This document shows positions 25,124 to 39,147 of a stretch of DNA of 64,000 nt, piece after piece (the stretch's first letter is position 1; each line of letters begins with the position of its first letter). The position numbers and the translations under genes are program-made. The stretch covers positions 48,546,001-48,610,000 of the forward strand of contig CM060731.1 of NCBI GenBank assembly GCA_030704615.1. The letters run 5' to 3'. The stretch comes from Takakia lepidozioides (taxonomy: Eukaryota > Plantae > Bryophyta). The notes beneath the pieces are model-generated. The model was not told the origin of the DNA and did no database searches. It was given only the letters and a program-made list of their open reading frames with translations.

Positions 25124-25920
25124 GTGCTAACCATCTTAGTAGAGGTTCTAAAAAGATAATAAATAGGTATGGACTGAGGGTGTCACCCTGGATGGTACCT
25201 CGTAGGACAGGAATAGGGGGGGTAGTACCATAATATGAGCCGGAGTATTCCGTAGTGCTGTTGGTATAGATGTTGCCAATGAGTTGGATAGTATCGATAG
25301 GGTAACCGAGGTCCGTCATGATTGCAAGGTCTGGCATGATCTAAGGATCCAAAGGCATTTTTAAAGTCTATATATAACAGATATCTTGTTTAGTGAGCTT
25401 GGCATCTTCGAGGGCTGAGAGGACGTATTATATTTGACGGGTTGTGCTATGTGTGGCTCGGAAGCCCTCCTAGGGGTCGCTTAGAATATGGTGTTGTTCT
25501 CCGTAATTGGATAGCAGCGTGGTCAGTGTGCTGGTAAACCATTTATAGATAGTGTTGGCTAGGGCTATGGGTCTGTAGTTAGGGTCTAGGAGGTGCGACT
25601 ATGTTTCCAAGTGGGGGGGATACGCTTGCGTTTGGTAACATTTTGAAAAAATTGAAAGAAGAGGGGTATTAAAGATAGGGTAAGCGCTTGTTAATATAGC
25701 GTTAGGGATCATATATGGCCCAGGGCTTTTGATTTGGTAGACCTTTAAGCATAGTCATAGAGATCTAGCGTGAATAGGTCATATATGCGGTCCGTGGGTA
25801 TCCCACGTTTGTCTAGTGAGAATCCGTCGAGATCATGCCATGGGTAATGCTTGACTTTACATAAACAGGTGGCGGGGTGGGGGTCCGGGGTAGGCCGTTC
25901 ATAATTAGTAATAGTAGATA
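25124..25920 (-). mobile_element. Non-LTR RT fragment of a third family (RTE/RTEX-like)
   Basis: NYRPIALANTIYKWFT, EGFRATHSTTRQI, DFKNAFGS, GTIQGDTLSPYLFIIFLEPLLRWL. The clade assignment is tentative. Confidence 0.75.
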
Positions 25921-26503
25921 CGATATTTGACAATTGGCCTTTGTCCCCACTTCCTTCCAAAAGAAAAAGAAAAAAACCAACTAAGTTGTTTGTTTTCTTT
26001 TTTCTTTTCTTTTTGTTTCCAAGGAAACCCGAGCCACAGGAGGGGAAAATAAACTCCTTTCTGAGCCATGCAGCATATCATTAGCGGCAGGGCCCAAGCC
26101 CGAAGACAACAGACCGACACCATACCACTGGGCCACATCCCTATTGTTGTTATTGTTGTTTATTTTATTTAATTTTATTAAGAGAAAGGGGACAGAGCCA
26201 TGTCACTCAAATTACCTCGTGAGAGGGCATGAGACAGTACATGACAAACCTATCTTTGCAGGCCTAGCTCACCTTATACCTTCCTTGTACACGCTACGCG
26301 TCTTAAGTTCATAAGAGTACCTCAAATTAGTCCCAATTTCTCATATATAGTCATGGCATAGATCAAAAGACCCGGGTACATGTCTATCATCACCAAGATA
26401 CCATGAGTATTTGAGTGTAGCCACCTTAATGTAGTAGAAAACAACAAATGTAGCTAACTCACAAGTTAATACGAAGACTCTCTACTGACACTAAAATAGG
26501 GCC

Positions 26504-26512
26504 CACAACAAT

Positions 26513-26543
<31 letters not shown>
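26504..26543 (+). repeat. (CAA)n microsatellite
   Basis: Read directly from the sequence. Confidence 0.9.
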
Positions 26544-28239
26544 TGATCTTGTCCTAATGTGAAAATTAATATTGCTCAACTATTGAATATAAAGGCCCAA
26601 AAAACATGAGGGTCGAGCTCCGCGCACTTAGCAGCTTTCCGAGGTCGGTCGGAAGCTCGCTTCTCTAGGCTTCTTCCCTCTGCTACGTTGTGGTTATGGT
26701 TTCTGACCACTTCGACTTCTGAGCCTCTCTCTTCCTGTGCCATTGTGCCGAAGGTTTTACGCCCTGCTTCTTGGCTTCTGTTCCTGCCGCTTCTCGGGGA
26801 AGGATCCCCAGCAGTCATTGTGTCTGGGTTGTCTCGTGTTTAAGAGCTCTGGGCTTAGGGCTCGTGGTTCCCCGTGCCTCCCTTGTTTTCAAGCCATTTC
26901 TGGCTTCTCTCTCTTTGCTGCGAGCTTCTGCTCATTTATCGGCCGGCTTTCTCCCCACAACAGTGATGACAATATACTGGAGCATATGTACACACCTTCT
27001 ACATGATCCGGTCACTATACATCGTTCTTGCTAACTGATCCCCTGTAACCAATGCCTTATGTCAGAATTTAGTTGGTCTTCGGCTCAAATGCTTTTTGGC
27101 TTTCCAATAGACAGTCTGTCCGCGCTCGCGTTCATCCAATAACGACACAGTTAATGCTTGCCAGAGTTGTATGTATGGGTCTCTGACGCATTCTGTCACA
27201 TCCGTGCCTTTAACGGCGCCTCGAATACTGGCCACCATTCCGATGACACATTTAACCACGTATAGTGTGAAGATTGGTGTACGAGTAAACGAAGAGACAT
27301 TTTTTGGGCTTATAGCAAAAACATTCAGTGTGAATCGTGCATGGCTTAATCTTTGTGTTTTACATAATAGTGTTAGATAGTCCTTTAGGGTTCGATTCCT
27401 TCCTCCCTGCAAAACAATTCTACCAAAACAATTCTCCAAATCAAGCAACAAATATTATATTAGAGGTAGAGAATCTTCAGTGTAGGAGGATCTTGGGCTT
27501 TACATTGTGCTATTTTCGCCAAGATCTTATATCAGATTACAAAATCGCCCTTCCAACTCCGTACTTAACATGCTTATTAGGGCCTCCCACAACCGCTACT
27601 ATAGTTCTACCAGCACCACTCCCCCCACCACCCAACCAACCCACACACCTAAAGAAGAACCCCCCTCCGCCGCCCCCTAGACCCCAACACCCATCCCGCA
27701 CTAACAACCCAACATCATCCCCTCCCCCAGTCATCCCCAATGAACTCTAACCCCCATAATCTCATCCCACCCTCCCCCAACCATTCTAATATAACCCAAA
27801 TGTGTTTTCACCAAAGCCATCCTATTAGTGAAAACACTCACATTTGTAGACTCATTTTGGGGCTACTTATGTAAGCACAAGTTACTTGTGCAAATTGGCT
27901 AACTTCCCACGAGAAGATAACTCTTGGTAAATTAAAGACAACCTCTTTAGACAATAGGTACGATGACTGCGACCCCACCCACAATCCGGCCCTACTAAAT
28001 ACCTTTCATAAAACTACCAACGTGCTTTACTTGTCACATATCCACCAACAACACGCGTCCTCGCCTCAACTCATAGGTGAAAGATAGAGTCCACACCCCA
28101 CTAGTTGCTCCCAACATATACCTCTACTTAATGGAATGTACCCGACTAGACATACTACAAGACTCTCCAGCCATCATGAGGGAAACTTGAAGACCAATAT
28201 CTAAGCTACACAATGGAGTTATCTTGGACAGTAGAGTGG

Positions 28240-31200
28240 CGCTATTGGCGCTAGAGTGGCGTTGCTCAAAGTGGTTGGATTTTATTGGTCCTACATTCTC
28301 TTTCACCACTCTAACTCCCAACCATTCGGATATCACTTGAAAGTTTTTATAATTGGTCCTAAACTCTCTTCCACATTTGTTAATTGTGGATACTTTTGCT
28401 TATCATAAAACCTCAAAACCCATTTGAAGCTCGTTCAAACTTATTTTCCAATTTGGATAGGATAGAATGGATGGAATATATAATTGAAATAGGTCCTAAA
28501 CAACCTTCCATTTTTTTTAATCATTGATACTTTTGTTTACCCTACATACTATACCACCAAAAACCTTTTTCCAATGTGTGAGGCCCATTCTTTTTCTTTT
28601 TTCAAAACTTTGTAGTAGGATAGAGTGGATTGGATTGAGATGTGGAGTGGATTGGGATATTTAATAGAAATTTGATAGGTCTTGAACATTCTCCAGTATT
28701 TGTTTGTTGTTGATATTTTTGCTTATCCTAAATCTTATACCCAAAAAACCTCTTTCTAATGTTTGCAGAAACTCATTCAAAAATTATTATTCTAACTTTG
28801 GAGGATGGTAAGAACTTGAAAATTTTGTAGGTTCTACAGACTTTTCCATATTTTGTACTTGATAGTACTTTTGTTTATCCCAAACCATGTACCGTAAAAT
28901 CTCATTATCATGTTTGAAGCTTATTCAGGTCATGTTTTTAGCTTTGGGGTACAATATAGTGGTTGGGATATTTGATTGAAAACTTTTATAGCTTGTCCTC
29001 AACAATACGGCATAATTTCTTGTGATTATACTTTTGCTTATCCTAAAACCTATACCCTAAAACCTCATTTGAAGCTTATCTAGATTTTTAGAGAAATCCA
29101 ACTTTGGGATACAATAGATTGGTTGAGATATTTGATTGAAAGTTTTGATAGCTCCTAAGTGCTCTTACATATTATTTTTGTCATTGATACTTTTTCCAGG
29201 CTTTTCTATCCTAAACCCTTTACCGTAAAAACTCATATCCATGTTTGAAGCTCATTAAAAAACAAATAGCTTTGAGGTACGATAGATTTGGAAGATTTGA
29301 TTGAAAGTTGTTATAGGTTCTACACGGTCTTTCATTTTTTTTTCTTTTTAAACTTTGCTCATCTTAAACCGTATACCCTCAAACCTCATGATTTTCATGT
29401 TTAATTTAGCTCAATGCTCAGAAAAATAAATTCTAGCTTTGCGATATGTCAAATTTTAATATTAGTTGGGAGATTTTATTGAAAGTTTTTATAGGTTCCA
29501 ATATATATTATTCAATTTTCTTTCTCATCGATACTTTTGCTCATCATAAACCTTATACTCTAAACCTCACATCCATGTTTGAAGCTAATTCAAACAAACA
29601 AATTCCGGCTTTGGGGTACTATTAAAGTTGTTGAGATATTTAATTGTTTACTAATTTTATAGGTCCCAACCAAATATTATTTGTTTTCATTGATACTTTT
29701 GCTTGAGATCCTAAACCCTACACCCCAAAAACCTCTTTTAACATTGAATTCATTCAAAAAAATTCTAAGCTTTAGGATAAAATAGAGCGGTTGGGATATT
29801 TAATTGACATTTTTTTTATAGGTCTCATGAACTCTTGTAAATTTGTATATCATTGATATTTTTGCTTACCCTAAGTGGTCACGGCCCTTTGCCTTGAGGA
29901 GGGGGAGTCGGGACACACGAGGGGCTGTCCCCGTGGTCGAGGCAGCAGCAGTAGTATGAGTGGGGCCTGAATGACCCAAAAGGGTAGAGGCGCTCACTAT
30001 GTGGACCCCCACAACTAGGGCGTGGGTGGGGGCTCCGAGTGAGGTGGTCGTAACATATGGAGTTGTAGTGGGGGTGGCATAGGACTTACCGCGAGGCTGT
30101 GCCTATCTAGTGGGAGTCGTGGAGAGCCTTGGGGCTCACCGCGGTCACCATGGTGGGTGGGCCAACGACTCATCATAATGAGTCGAGGTTCACAGTGTGG
30201 TTCACCAAAAAGGACTTGAACTGTTGTGACTCTCCCGCCGACACCTACAAAAAAAAATATAAAAATAGTAACCCCGAGAACGGTGCAAACCCATTAAATG
30301 CGCGACCAAAAGCTAGTAAAGTAAGTGATCGAGCCGGAAAGCAACCAAATGTGGGAAGCTAGTCCGGACTTCATACTTCCACTCATCCTATTTAGTCATG
30401 GTTGCATGGGGAAACAAAAAGGGACCGTTATGCCTGATGAGCAACCGAGCTCCGAGTTGGTCCGACGGCCAATATGGGAGTTAGGCGTGCGCACCGAAGT
30501 GAGTAATTATGATTTTTACCAAATTGAGGTGCGCAAATAAACCCTATATCCCATATTTTTTTTTTCCAAATATTTGAAGCTCATTTATTTCTTTTAAGTA
30601 AGATAAAGTGGTTGGATTTTTAATTGAGATTTTCATGGGGTCCTAAACACTCCCACATTTTGTTGTTGTCGATATGTTAAACTAGCCTAACCTTATACCA
30701 GAAAATCTTATTCTAATATTTGAAACTCATACAGATTTTTTAAAAAAAAATGTGGGGACAAGATATTAGAGTGGTTGAGATATTGAATTGAAAGGTTTTA
30801 TATAAACACTCTCCCAAATTGTTTTTGGTCATGCTTATCTTAAACCCTATACTTAAAACATAATTCCAATGTTTGAAGCTTGATTAATTTTATTTTCCAG
30901 CTTTAGACGTATGATAGAGTATTTGGGGTATTTACAAGTGTTGGACTGTTATAGAGGGTTGACCCGGTTATCAACCCGGTCATTGACCCGGTTATGAGGT
31001 ACCATACTCGATAGTTATAGGTTGTAGGAAAATTTCACTTGTAACAGACCCGTCGGGTCTTTGCAACGTGGTTTTTCCTCATAAACCCTACCCGGCTAGG
31101 GTTTGCTGTTTCTACTCGTTGTTGATACCAGCCGCCTTTTCTCTGTTGTCGTTCCTGGTATGAGCATGGGGTAAGGCGGTAGATATGGTAGGTTTAGGAA

Positions 31201-31860
31201 TGCAATCAGCGGCATATTTGGTGGATTCAGGAGCGCGATCTGCTGGGGATTTGGGAGGGGGCATTCAATCGCAACAACAATCGGCTTTGAATGGCCAAAG
31301 ACATGTAGTTGCATTATGCATGTGTTGAAGTATACATGTTTTGAATGTGTGCACTATGTTGACTAAACTATTGATACCCGCTGTTGATAACGTGCAATAT
31401 AACATTCTGCAATACCAGTCTTGATAACCGAGTCAAAAAATTACAGAACATGCAATATTGATACTCACTGGTAATAAAATCCATAAACTTTTTAATATTC
31501 GAGAACATGTCAGAGCACGAAATTATGAATCCTTCCTACCAGGAGGACCCGCATGTTATCATCAAAAGTTGATAACTTACTTGAAAATTTTTATATGTTC
31601 TAACTTCAATATTTTTTTGGTTGATAGTACTTTTGCTTATCCCAAACTATCACTCAAATGTTTGAAGCTCATTCAAATTCATCTTTTTAGCTTTGGGGTA
31701 CAATATTACAGTGGTTGAGATATTTGATTTGAAGGTTTTATAGGTTCTAAGCATCTTGCATATTTTTCTGTGATTCATACTTTTGCTTACTCTAAAGCCT
31801 ATATCCATAACCTCATATCCATGTTTGAAGCTCATTAAGTAAAACACGTTTCAATTTTTG
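28240..31860 (+). repeat. Degenerate AT-rich tandem repeat, monomer roughly 135-185 bp, in three blocks (28240-29875, 30540-30935, 31570-31860)
   Basis: Recurrent order GTGGTTG(G/A)GATATT - AAAGTTTTTATAGGT - GATACTTTTGCTTATCCTAAA - TTTGAAGCTCATT; about 13-14 copies by eye. Confidence 0.85.
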
Positions 31861-31867
31861 GGACACC

Positions 31868-31940
31868 AGGCAGAGCAGCGGGTTTGAACCCCGAACCACC
31901 AGGGCGACACACAGTGCACTTACCAGATGAGATACCAGCT
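31868..31940 (-). mobile_element. tRNA-derived SINE-like head
   Basis: Minus strand reads GGTATCTCATCTGGTAAG...GGGTTCAAACCC (A and B boxes). Confidence 0.5.
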
Positions 31941-32244
31941 GATGTGCAACTTGACAATAAGTTTTTCTTAAAATAATAATGTTGTTAACATTATAATATC
32001 ATAACTGTTAGCATTCCGCTTGCAAATGATAAGAACCACCTAAGTATACCCTATATATTTGAATTTTTCATTGGTGAAAAAATGGAAAATAAAAGTGTAA
32101 TTTTACTATTAAAATCCATTTCCAATCATTTTTTCAGATGGATATCTCATCCATGGAACTTAGTGTGTGTGATGACTTGTGCACACGCAACAGATTTGTA
32201 TGTGTAATACTTTCCCAACTTTTCTTGCGTGAGCAGGTTCAAAG

Positions 32245-32885
32245 CACTGTTGGACGGTTCTCTGGTTTTGGGTGAAAGAACCGCTGGTTCCGGATCTGGG
32301 TATATGCCCCCTTAACCTCGGGTATTAAAATTTCAAATACCCTAGTCAAGATTGAACCGACGGATACCAAAATCTATTTGGGGAGGGTAAGGGTAACTGC
32401 ATCTGACACATGCCCAGGGTATAAGGGCGGTTTTCTAAGGTTAGCGTGGAAGCCTTGAGGAAGAAGAAGGGTAGTGAAAATGCTAGAACTGAATGCCAAC
32501 AGGCCAACAGTGCAATCTAGAGGAAGTTTAGTGTTAGTTGTGCTAGAAAATGAGCTTAATTATTGACAATTGTGGCCATCTCATACATGCACATTTTTTA
32601 TTTATTTTGTCCATAATAACTTTTGAACTCATAATCGGGACTCGGAACCGGGTCATCTCTCGGTTCTCTACCCATATACCTGAGCACCGGATTTGGCGGA
32701 TAATTGCATTAAAGAACCGGTATAAAACATACCCATGATAATGTAACTCAGAGATATACCCTGCACCACAGGTTCTCTAACTGTCCATGTTTATAAGTAC
32801 CCGGCCGGAGTTTCTCTATTTACCTTCCACAAGATAGAACCTACCCTGCAGGTTCTACCCAAAACAAGAGAACCGCCCAACACTG
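32245..32885. mobile_element. Complete non-autonomous hAT element (MITE), 641 bp
   Basis: TIRs CACTGTTGGACGGTTCTCTGGTTTTGGGT / ACCCAAAACAAGAGAACCGCCCAACACTG, with an exact 8-bp TSD GTTCAAAG at 32237-32244 and 32886-32893. Confidence 0.92.
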
Positions 32886-35800
32886 GTTCAAAGCATCCAC
32901 CTCCCAACGGCAAACAATAGTCCTTGGGGATGAAAAGACATCATAATTTACTCTTCCTTTGGGAGAATCATCCTTTTGCCCTTAAGGCACATCCCATCGT
33001 CCTCGTAAAGAGCTCTTTGGGTGATGTGGCAATGCCATTGCTTATGAGGATGAGCGCTACATTTCATTCCACATTATTTGGATGCAATGTGACATACGTG
33101 GATGTCACGTAGCCAAATCTGGATGTCAAGTGCACTACTCATGGCAGACTATGTCTCAAGAGGAGGGGGAATTAGCGGATGTAGCTGCCCTCAGAAGTCT
33201 GGCGGCTCATCCATCCAGTATCCCCCCTCCTCTTGAACGCTATCTAGTCCATAGCTGAACCATCTTTAGAGATATATGAAGGCAAACATTTTTGATAAAA
33301 TTTTGCTGACTAAAACCTCATATCTGTCTTTATGAGTAACTTGGTGGCCTCATTGGCTGAGAACTCATGAAGGGCAGATATACTAGACCTGCCCTTCATG
33401 TGACTGGTTTACTCAAATAAAATCCCTTCATTTTTATAGGTCCCTTAAAAGGTAGAGCCCTCATTTGAAGGGCAAAATATTTACCCCTTCAAATTTCACC
33501 CATGCTCCCAACACAACAATCAATGGATATACATTAAGTTAGCCAATGCAAGCTGCACCTTTGCCATGCCATGCCATGCCATGCAGTGCCCAAAAAACAG
33601 AAAAAACAAAAGGAGATATATGTAGGAATGGTATACGTAAGAATGTATAACGCGGGTGTGATGACTGGAGGGAGATGCCCTGCATGATGATGCCACTCCA
33701 AAGAACGCGGCATTCAAATTTGTCACATTGCCACATGTTCAATACGGCACAGTTTTCACACTTCTGTAAACGGGCCCACTGATCCGTGCCTGCGACAATA
33801 ATCACAGCACAACGCGGAGTGTCGGCAACCTTCAGTGCCACACATCTAAACACAAGCACATCCCACTCCTAGGCAGGGTCCCGGGCATGCTCCAAAGCTT
33901 TTGGGTGGAAGAATCAGCGTTGCAGTCACATTGCACTCCCAATCTGCGGAAGCTACAACACAACAGATGAACAGGTGCAGCACGAATCTAGGGATGCTCC
34001 CTGCACTCTGGAGTTCAGCGAAGGTGGGTGGAAAGAGGCTCGACGGATGCGTAGCACCCTTCACTCGACACTATACAAGCTTTGGAGCTTTCCCGGAGTC
34101 CGTCGATAGCCTACTCGATCCGCGCGAGAGAGAGAGACACACACACGCACACGCACGCGCACGCGCAGCCGTGCACGGGCAAGTCCATCATCCATCCAAC
34201 TGTCATCCGTCCCATACCCCAGTCCATCCGGCGTCCGTCCTGTGAGATGCCACGCGGTAGGAGCACGCAATCCGTCCGATGTCCGACAGGTGGCGACGAC
34301 CCAAAGAGGGCACGACTCGTGTCACGTGCAAGGAGTATTTACTGGCTATACGCATCCAGTACACACGCTTGCCATACGCTTCATCCATATTTCGTACGCA
34401 AACTTTTGGTCATCCACCGTACCTCATCCAACTAGCATGTAGGGTTACGCGACGTGCGTAATTGTTGGCTTGATGGACGGTGGGCCAACAGAGCACGTCT
34501 ATTGTCACCTACACCACTTTCGTCGATCCCGTGATAAATATCAACTGAGATTTTCCTTCAATAATAATAACAATTATGATGATGATGATAATTACGTCAC
34601 TCCAACCACGCCTTTTGTGTCCCAAAATCTTAAGCAAATCGACGAATTCGTTGGGGGTATATACTCTCCAGTTTATGGCCCTATGTTTTTTTTTTTTTCA
34701 CAGGTGCGGAGACGACACTATTTTGGAAGTAGCACTAGCAAGTTCCAAATGTTGGACTTTGCCAAAACATTTTCCACTAAATGACCGGCGGGAGCGGCGG
34801 ATTGTGATGGGCTCTCTAGAAGCGCATCTCTTGTAATTCTAGTATATTAATTAATCGATTGTAATATTGCCCGAATATGTCTATCCAAACGCTCATCACA
34901 ATCCGGGAGCATCGGCAAGATTTGCGTGTTGAAGCACAGATTTGGTCCCCATAAATTCCCAAGTCATCTTTTTAATGTGTCACAGCTAATATACTATTGA
35001 CACGCATGCCTGCAGATCAAAATCAAATAATTTTCGTTAGAATCGTTTGCATCGACCGAACAAATTTGTTAGCAGTTGGTGGCATCTAAGTTACGTAGTT
35101 CCAGTCTATTGTGGACTAACTTAGATAATTGTAAGTTAGGTGGTGCCATCACGTGAAGCAGCTTCGAATATAGATTATCTAAAAAAAATCAAAAAACAAA
35201 AGCACAGCTTTGCTGTCATTCCCTGCGCGTATGGATGGATGAAAGTTCATTACCCCATCCACAGATGATGCCTGGAAAAGATTCGAAGGCCATTGCCAAG
35301 ATTGCACCACAGTCAACCAAGCATCCATGCTCTTTTTCCCGACGAAGCATTTTATTGGTTGACCCCAGTCTTTGCCCACCTGGCAGCCCGCAACTGGTGG
35401 GACCTACCTAACCTATGCCAAGTACAGTATGGCGGTTTGGGAGATAACGTGACCGATTGCCGGTGACTGCCGGTGACTGCCGGTGACGGCTCCCACGACC
35501 CCTTGCCACCCTAGTCTGACTCCATTTTTAGGCCCTCTTCTGTACCTGCAATGACCTAATAATATAACCAGCATTTCTAGATGAAGTCATCCAACCGAGG
35601 TTCGGATGATTATTCATCCAACAGACATTGATGCTTTCTGTACGGCGGTGGATGAGTTCCATTGACAGAGTCTATTCGAGTGTGGCATACCGTGGTGTTG
35701 TACGACCATTGCGCTGTCGTAGTTGACGGTTACCAGTGGAATGCTCAACTCATATTCATCCATTGGCTCTGATTCATCATCCATTCCCAGTGGATGAATA

Positions 35801-38800
35801 GTCCATGGCAGTAGATGAGTATAGAACCACTACTGGATGAATGATATAAGCGGTATCAACGCACTCGGACCAGACCGGGATCATTCAATAGCGGCGGCGA
35901 ACGATGCCGGTTTTTCCAGCGGATAAATAAATCCGGCATGGATTCTATCGCAATCTGAATCCCTGTGGCGGTGTATCCACCACGTCTCGTAGGTTGCAGT
36001 AGTAGTCAGAAGGGATTTGAACCCGGGACCCACATGCAGAAGGGGAAAGTTAAACAGTCAACCGTTGGACGGATGAAAAGGCCAGCAATCCATTATGGAT
36101 CAACTCGACCGGGGGACGACCGGGCGACCTAGCATAGCCGGTGGTCGGGCGTCAACGTGGCTGGGCTGACTCGTGCGTGCCTTGGTCGGTCCAGGCTGTA
36201 ACCGTCCGTCCGTCAGTGTCCGCGTCCCGCGCGCTCAGCCTCGGCTTCACGAATCTCAGTGAGGCTCGGGCCGAGCCTTCCGTCCGCCTGCTCCCGCAGG
36301 AATCTTCATCCGTGTGGTGCATCGTGTTGTGGATGGATGAAGGGATGGAGATGGGCATGGGTGGACGCCGTCTGACGCCCACACGGCGGTGACGCGCTGG
36401 CGGCCGCCGCAAGTGCAACGTGTGACGCCGGATGGCAGCGTCATGGACGACGTCGCCCTGTTGGGGTTTTAACTCTATCTTTATTACTATGTGGTTTTAT
36501 GGTGGTTAATATGTAATTATACTTGTTAAATTTGCCGGTACTAAACTTAGGGCTGGGATGCTGACAGCATTCATTGAATTGGTAGGTGAAGGGTAGCAGC
36601 CAGGATTACCTACAAATGAGGATTCATCCACCTAATAAGCCAATTGCTTTTTGGATTATAAGGGTTTTTAAATTATTTTCTAAATAACGTCTTAGAAGGG
36701 CAACACCTCTTACGGCCCACAAATCTGGACCGAGGGGGAGATGATAATATACTCTACTCCCGTCCCACCGACGAGGTTCAGGGGCCTGATTTGTAAGCGG
36801 TTGGTTGCTTGGATACTTTCCTTAAAAAAACATTTAACTGTTTGTTTGGAAGTTTTCTTTTGCTCTTTTTTTTGTTTTTGGTTTTTTGGAAGTTTATTAA
36901 ACAAAAAAAGAAAACAGGGTCAGAGGCATTGGAAGAACTTTATTTGGAATTATAGTGGGACGTTGTTGCGGAGTTGAACTTTGAAAAATTATTTGAAGGT
37001 TAGAGGAAAGATATTAATGTGATACGGAACGTGTCAAAATTCGATTGGAGGAACCAGACATGACAGATTAAAGCCTGGAGCGTGGTTTACAATATCTCAA
37101 TCATTAACTCCAAATATCATCCGTTCATGGGATTCATCCACGCATTAAGTGGGGTGTAAGACTGATGACGACGGGGGATTAACAACGTACATACGAGTAA
37201 ATTATTGTCGGGAAGGAGAAAACGTGAGGCGCGTAGAGCGCCGAGGCTGCAGGATCGGCCCGAGGCTGAAGGAACGGAAATATGGTGATAGTGCGCGAAG
37301 GAAGGAGCGAGAGAAGGAAGCGGTGGGTGAGCGAGGAGAGAGGGAGGGGATGGGGGCTGGCGATGGGGGATGGCCGGATGACTCGCGCATTCACTGCTCA
37401 TCGCACTCTGACGCTCTCTGACGTTATAATCTCATTCCGCGCCTGCTAAAAGGGGGCATGCCCGCGTGATCTCTATATCTCTGTCTGCTTTTCATTCTGG
37501 GGAGTGGGGAGTGTGCATGTATATGTTTGAGGAGTCATTAGCGCCTCGCTGATCTCGTGGGACGGAAATCTGGAGGGTTTCAGAGGTAGGTAATCAGCTC
37601 CTTTTGCGGCTGAAATCTGGCTTTGTGCTCTGCAGCTGTATGTGCTTCGAGAGTGGAAGTGAGGTGTGGCGTGTGTTGTTGCTTTCGGCTGTGGTTTTGA
37701 AGCTTCTGTTTTGGTGCGGGTTCCGCCTAATTGTAATGTTACGACAGCAGGAATTGGCTTTTGTTGCCTCAGACGTTCCGTGGGTAAGCATGAATGAGTA
37801 GGTCGCTTTTGTGGTGCGGGAACTCATGTGTTAGTTTTTGGGCTGAGCCACAATGGCCACCCGTAGGCTTTGCAGGCAGTCAGTCCCGGGGTTTGGCTCC
37901 AGAAGTCACAGCAGCCATAGCCCCCGGAATGTAATCGAATATGTTTCTATGTCGGGCCACTGCAGGTGGGTAGCTCACGTAGCTGATATTGACTCTTTGT
38001 TATCTCACTTGTTGCGAACATTAGAGGGTGTAAAGGCAACTTAAACATTTCCCTCTTAGCTACTTTGTTCTCTGGATGTGCACCTCTTTTATGCTCAAAT
38101 CCTTAGCTCGTTTCCGCAGCGGATAGCTGATTGATGCGGGTTCTAGCAGTTGCAATACGCTATGTATGCTAGAGAAAGTCCCCTGTCATGTGATGAGGAA
38201 TATGGAAAAGGTGGGAACTGCTTTGACCGAGAGAGCCTTTGGTGTTACATCTTTGCTTGTCATGGTTTCAATGTAGAAGGCCCCCCCCCTGTCTCTCTCT
38301 CTCCGTTTGATAAAGTCGTGGCCTGCTTCTTTGCTGTGTCTTTCTGTCTATTTGGCAGCCTTGTTACTTTCTCTGTGGAGTGATGATTGTCCTCTTACAT
38401 TGTCGATATTTATGCTCGACCTTAACCATGTAGACTGTATTTCTGCTAGAACATTGTGCTTCTGTCTTTTTGAATAGGGGTAACCGCCAGGCCTCCATAA
38501 CTCTTGATGATGACGAAGAGAATAGTGCAGGGTTAAAAGTGGGTGTAGAGGTTGGTTACCGTCTGTCCGTATAGGCTTCAACGTCACCGCAGTTGATCGG
38601 GTGACCTTTGCAAGCCAGGGAGGCCGGCATGACAGGATTTAACGTCCTAGATAAACACAGGGTGTTATTCGGATTGTTCAGCACTCTGATGATCGCACCT
38701 GTTCCAGTGGGGCAGTCATCCTAAGAGAGTTCACTTAGACTGCTCAAGCTTTTAAAGAGTGATTCGGTCCACTTAAATGAAGGGACTAGTGGTGTGTCCT

Positions 38801-39147
38801 ATTAATCAGATGCATTGTGTTTCTTCACATGAGTGTACTGCCAGTTCTGGCTTACTGTCCACTGTGGAAATGCTAGCTGATGCAACCGGTCAAAAGATTG
38901 CTAGAGTTTGTATCATGTGAAGTGGTTGTCCCTCCGCTTTTTAACTTTGTCAACCAGTCTACTAAATCCTGTGTGTTATTCTCTTAGCAGGAGGGTTACA
39001 GGGGATCCACCCTTGCAAATTGCAGCAACGTGAAGGTTGCCACTTTCTTAAGCCTTCCCCTCCATGAGTTGGCTGGCACTAAAACGAGTGTGCATGGTCA
39101 TCTAAGGAAGAAATAAGTTAGTGACTGCCAGAAGACCATAGGTGAAC

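Noticed and set aside
24614-25337. 159-aa and 184-aa ORFs as genes
   Set aside because: Read-through from an RT fragment into MITE subterminal repeats.
28240-31860. CRISPR-like array
   Set aside because: Whole monomers are homologous with no unique spacers, there are no cas genes, and the context is eukaryotic.
35748-35822. miRNA precursor (TATTCATCCATTGG / CCAGTGGATGAATA)
   Set aside because: The stem is only ~14 bp in a region rich in CATCC/GGATG motifs, and no mature miRNA is recognisable.
33500-37450. Many short GC-rich ORFs upstream of the GRAS gene
   Set aside because: No recognisable domains or exon structure; probably regulatory or intergenic.
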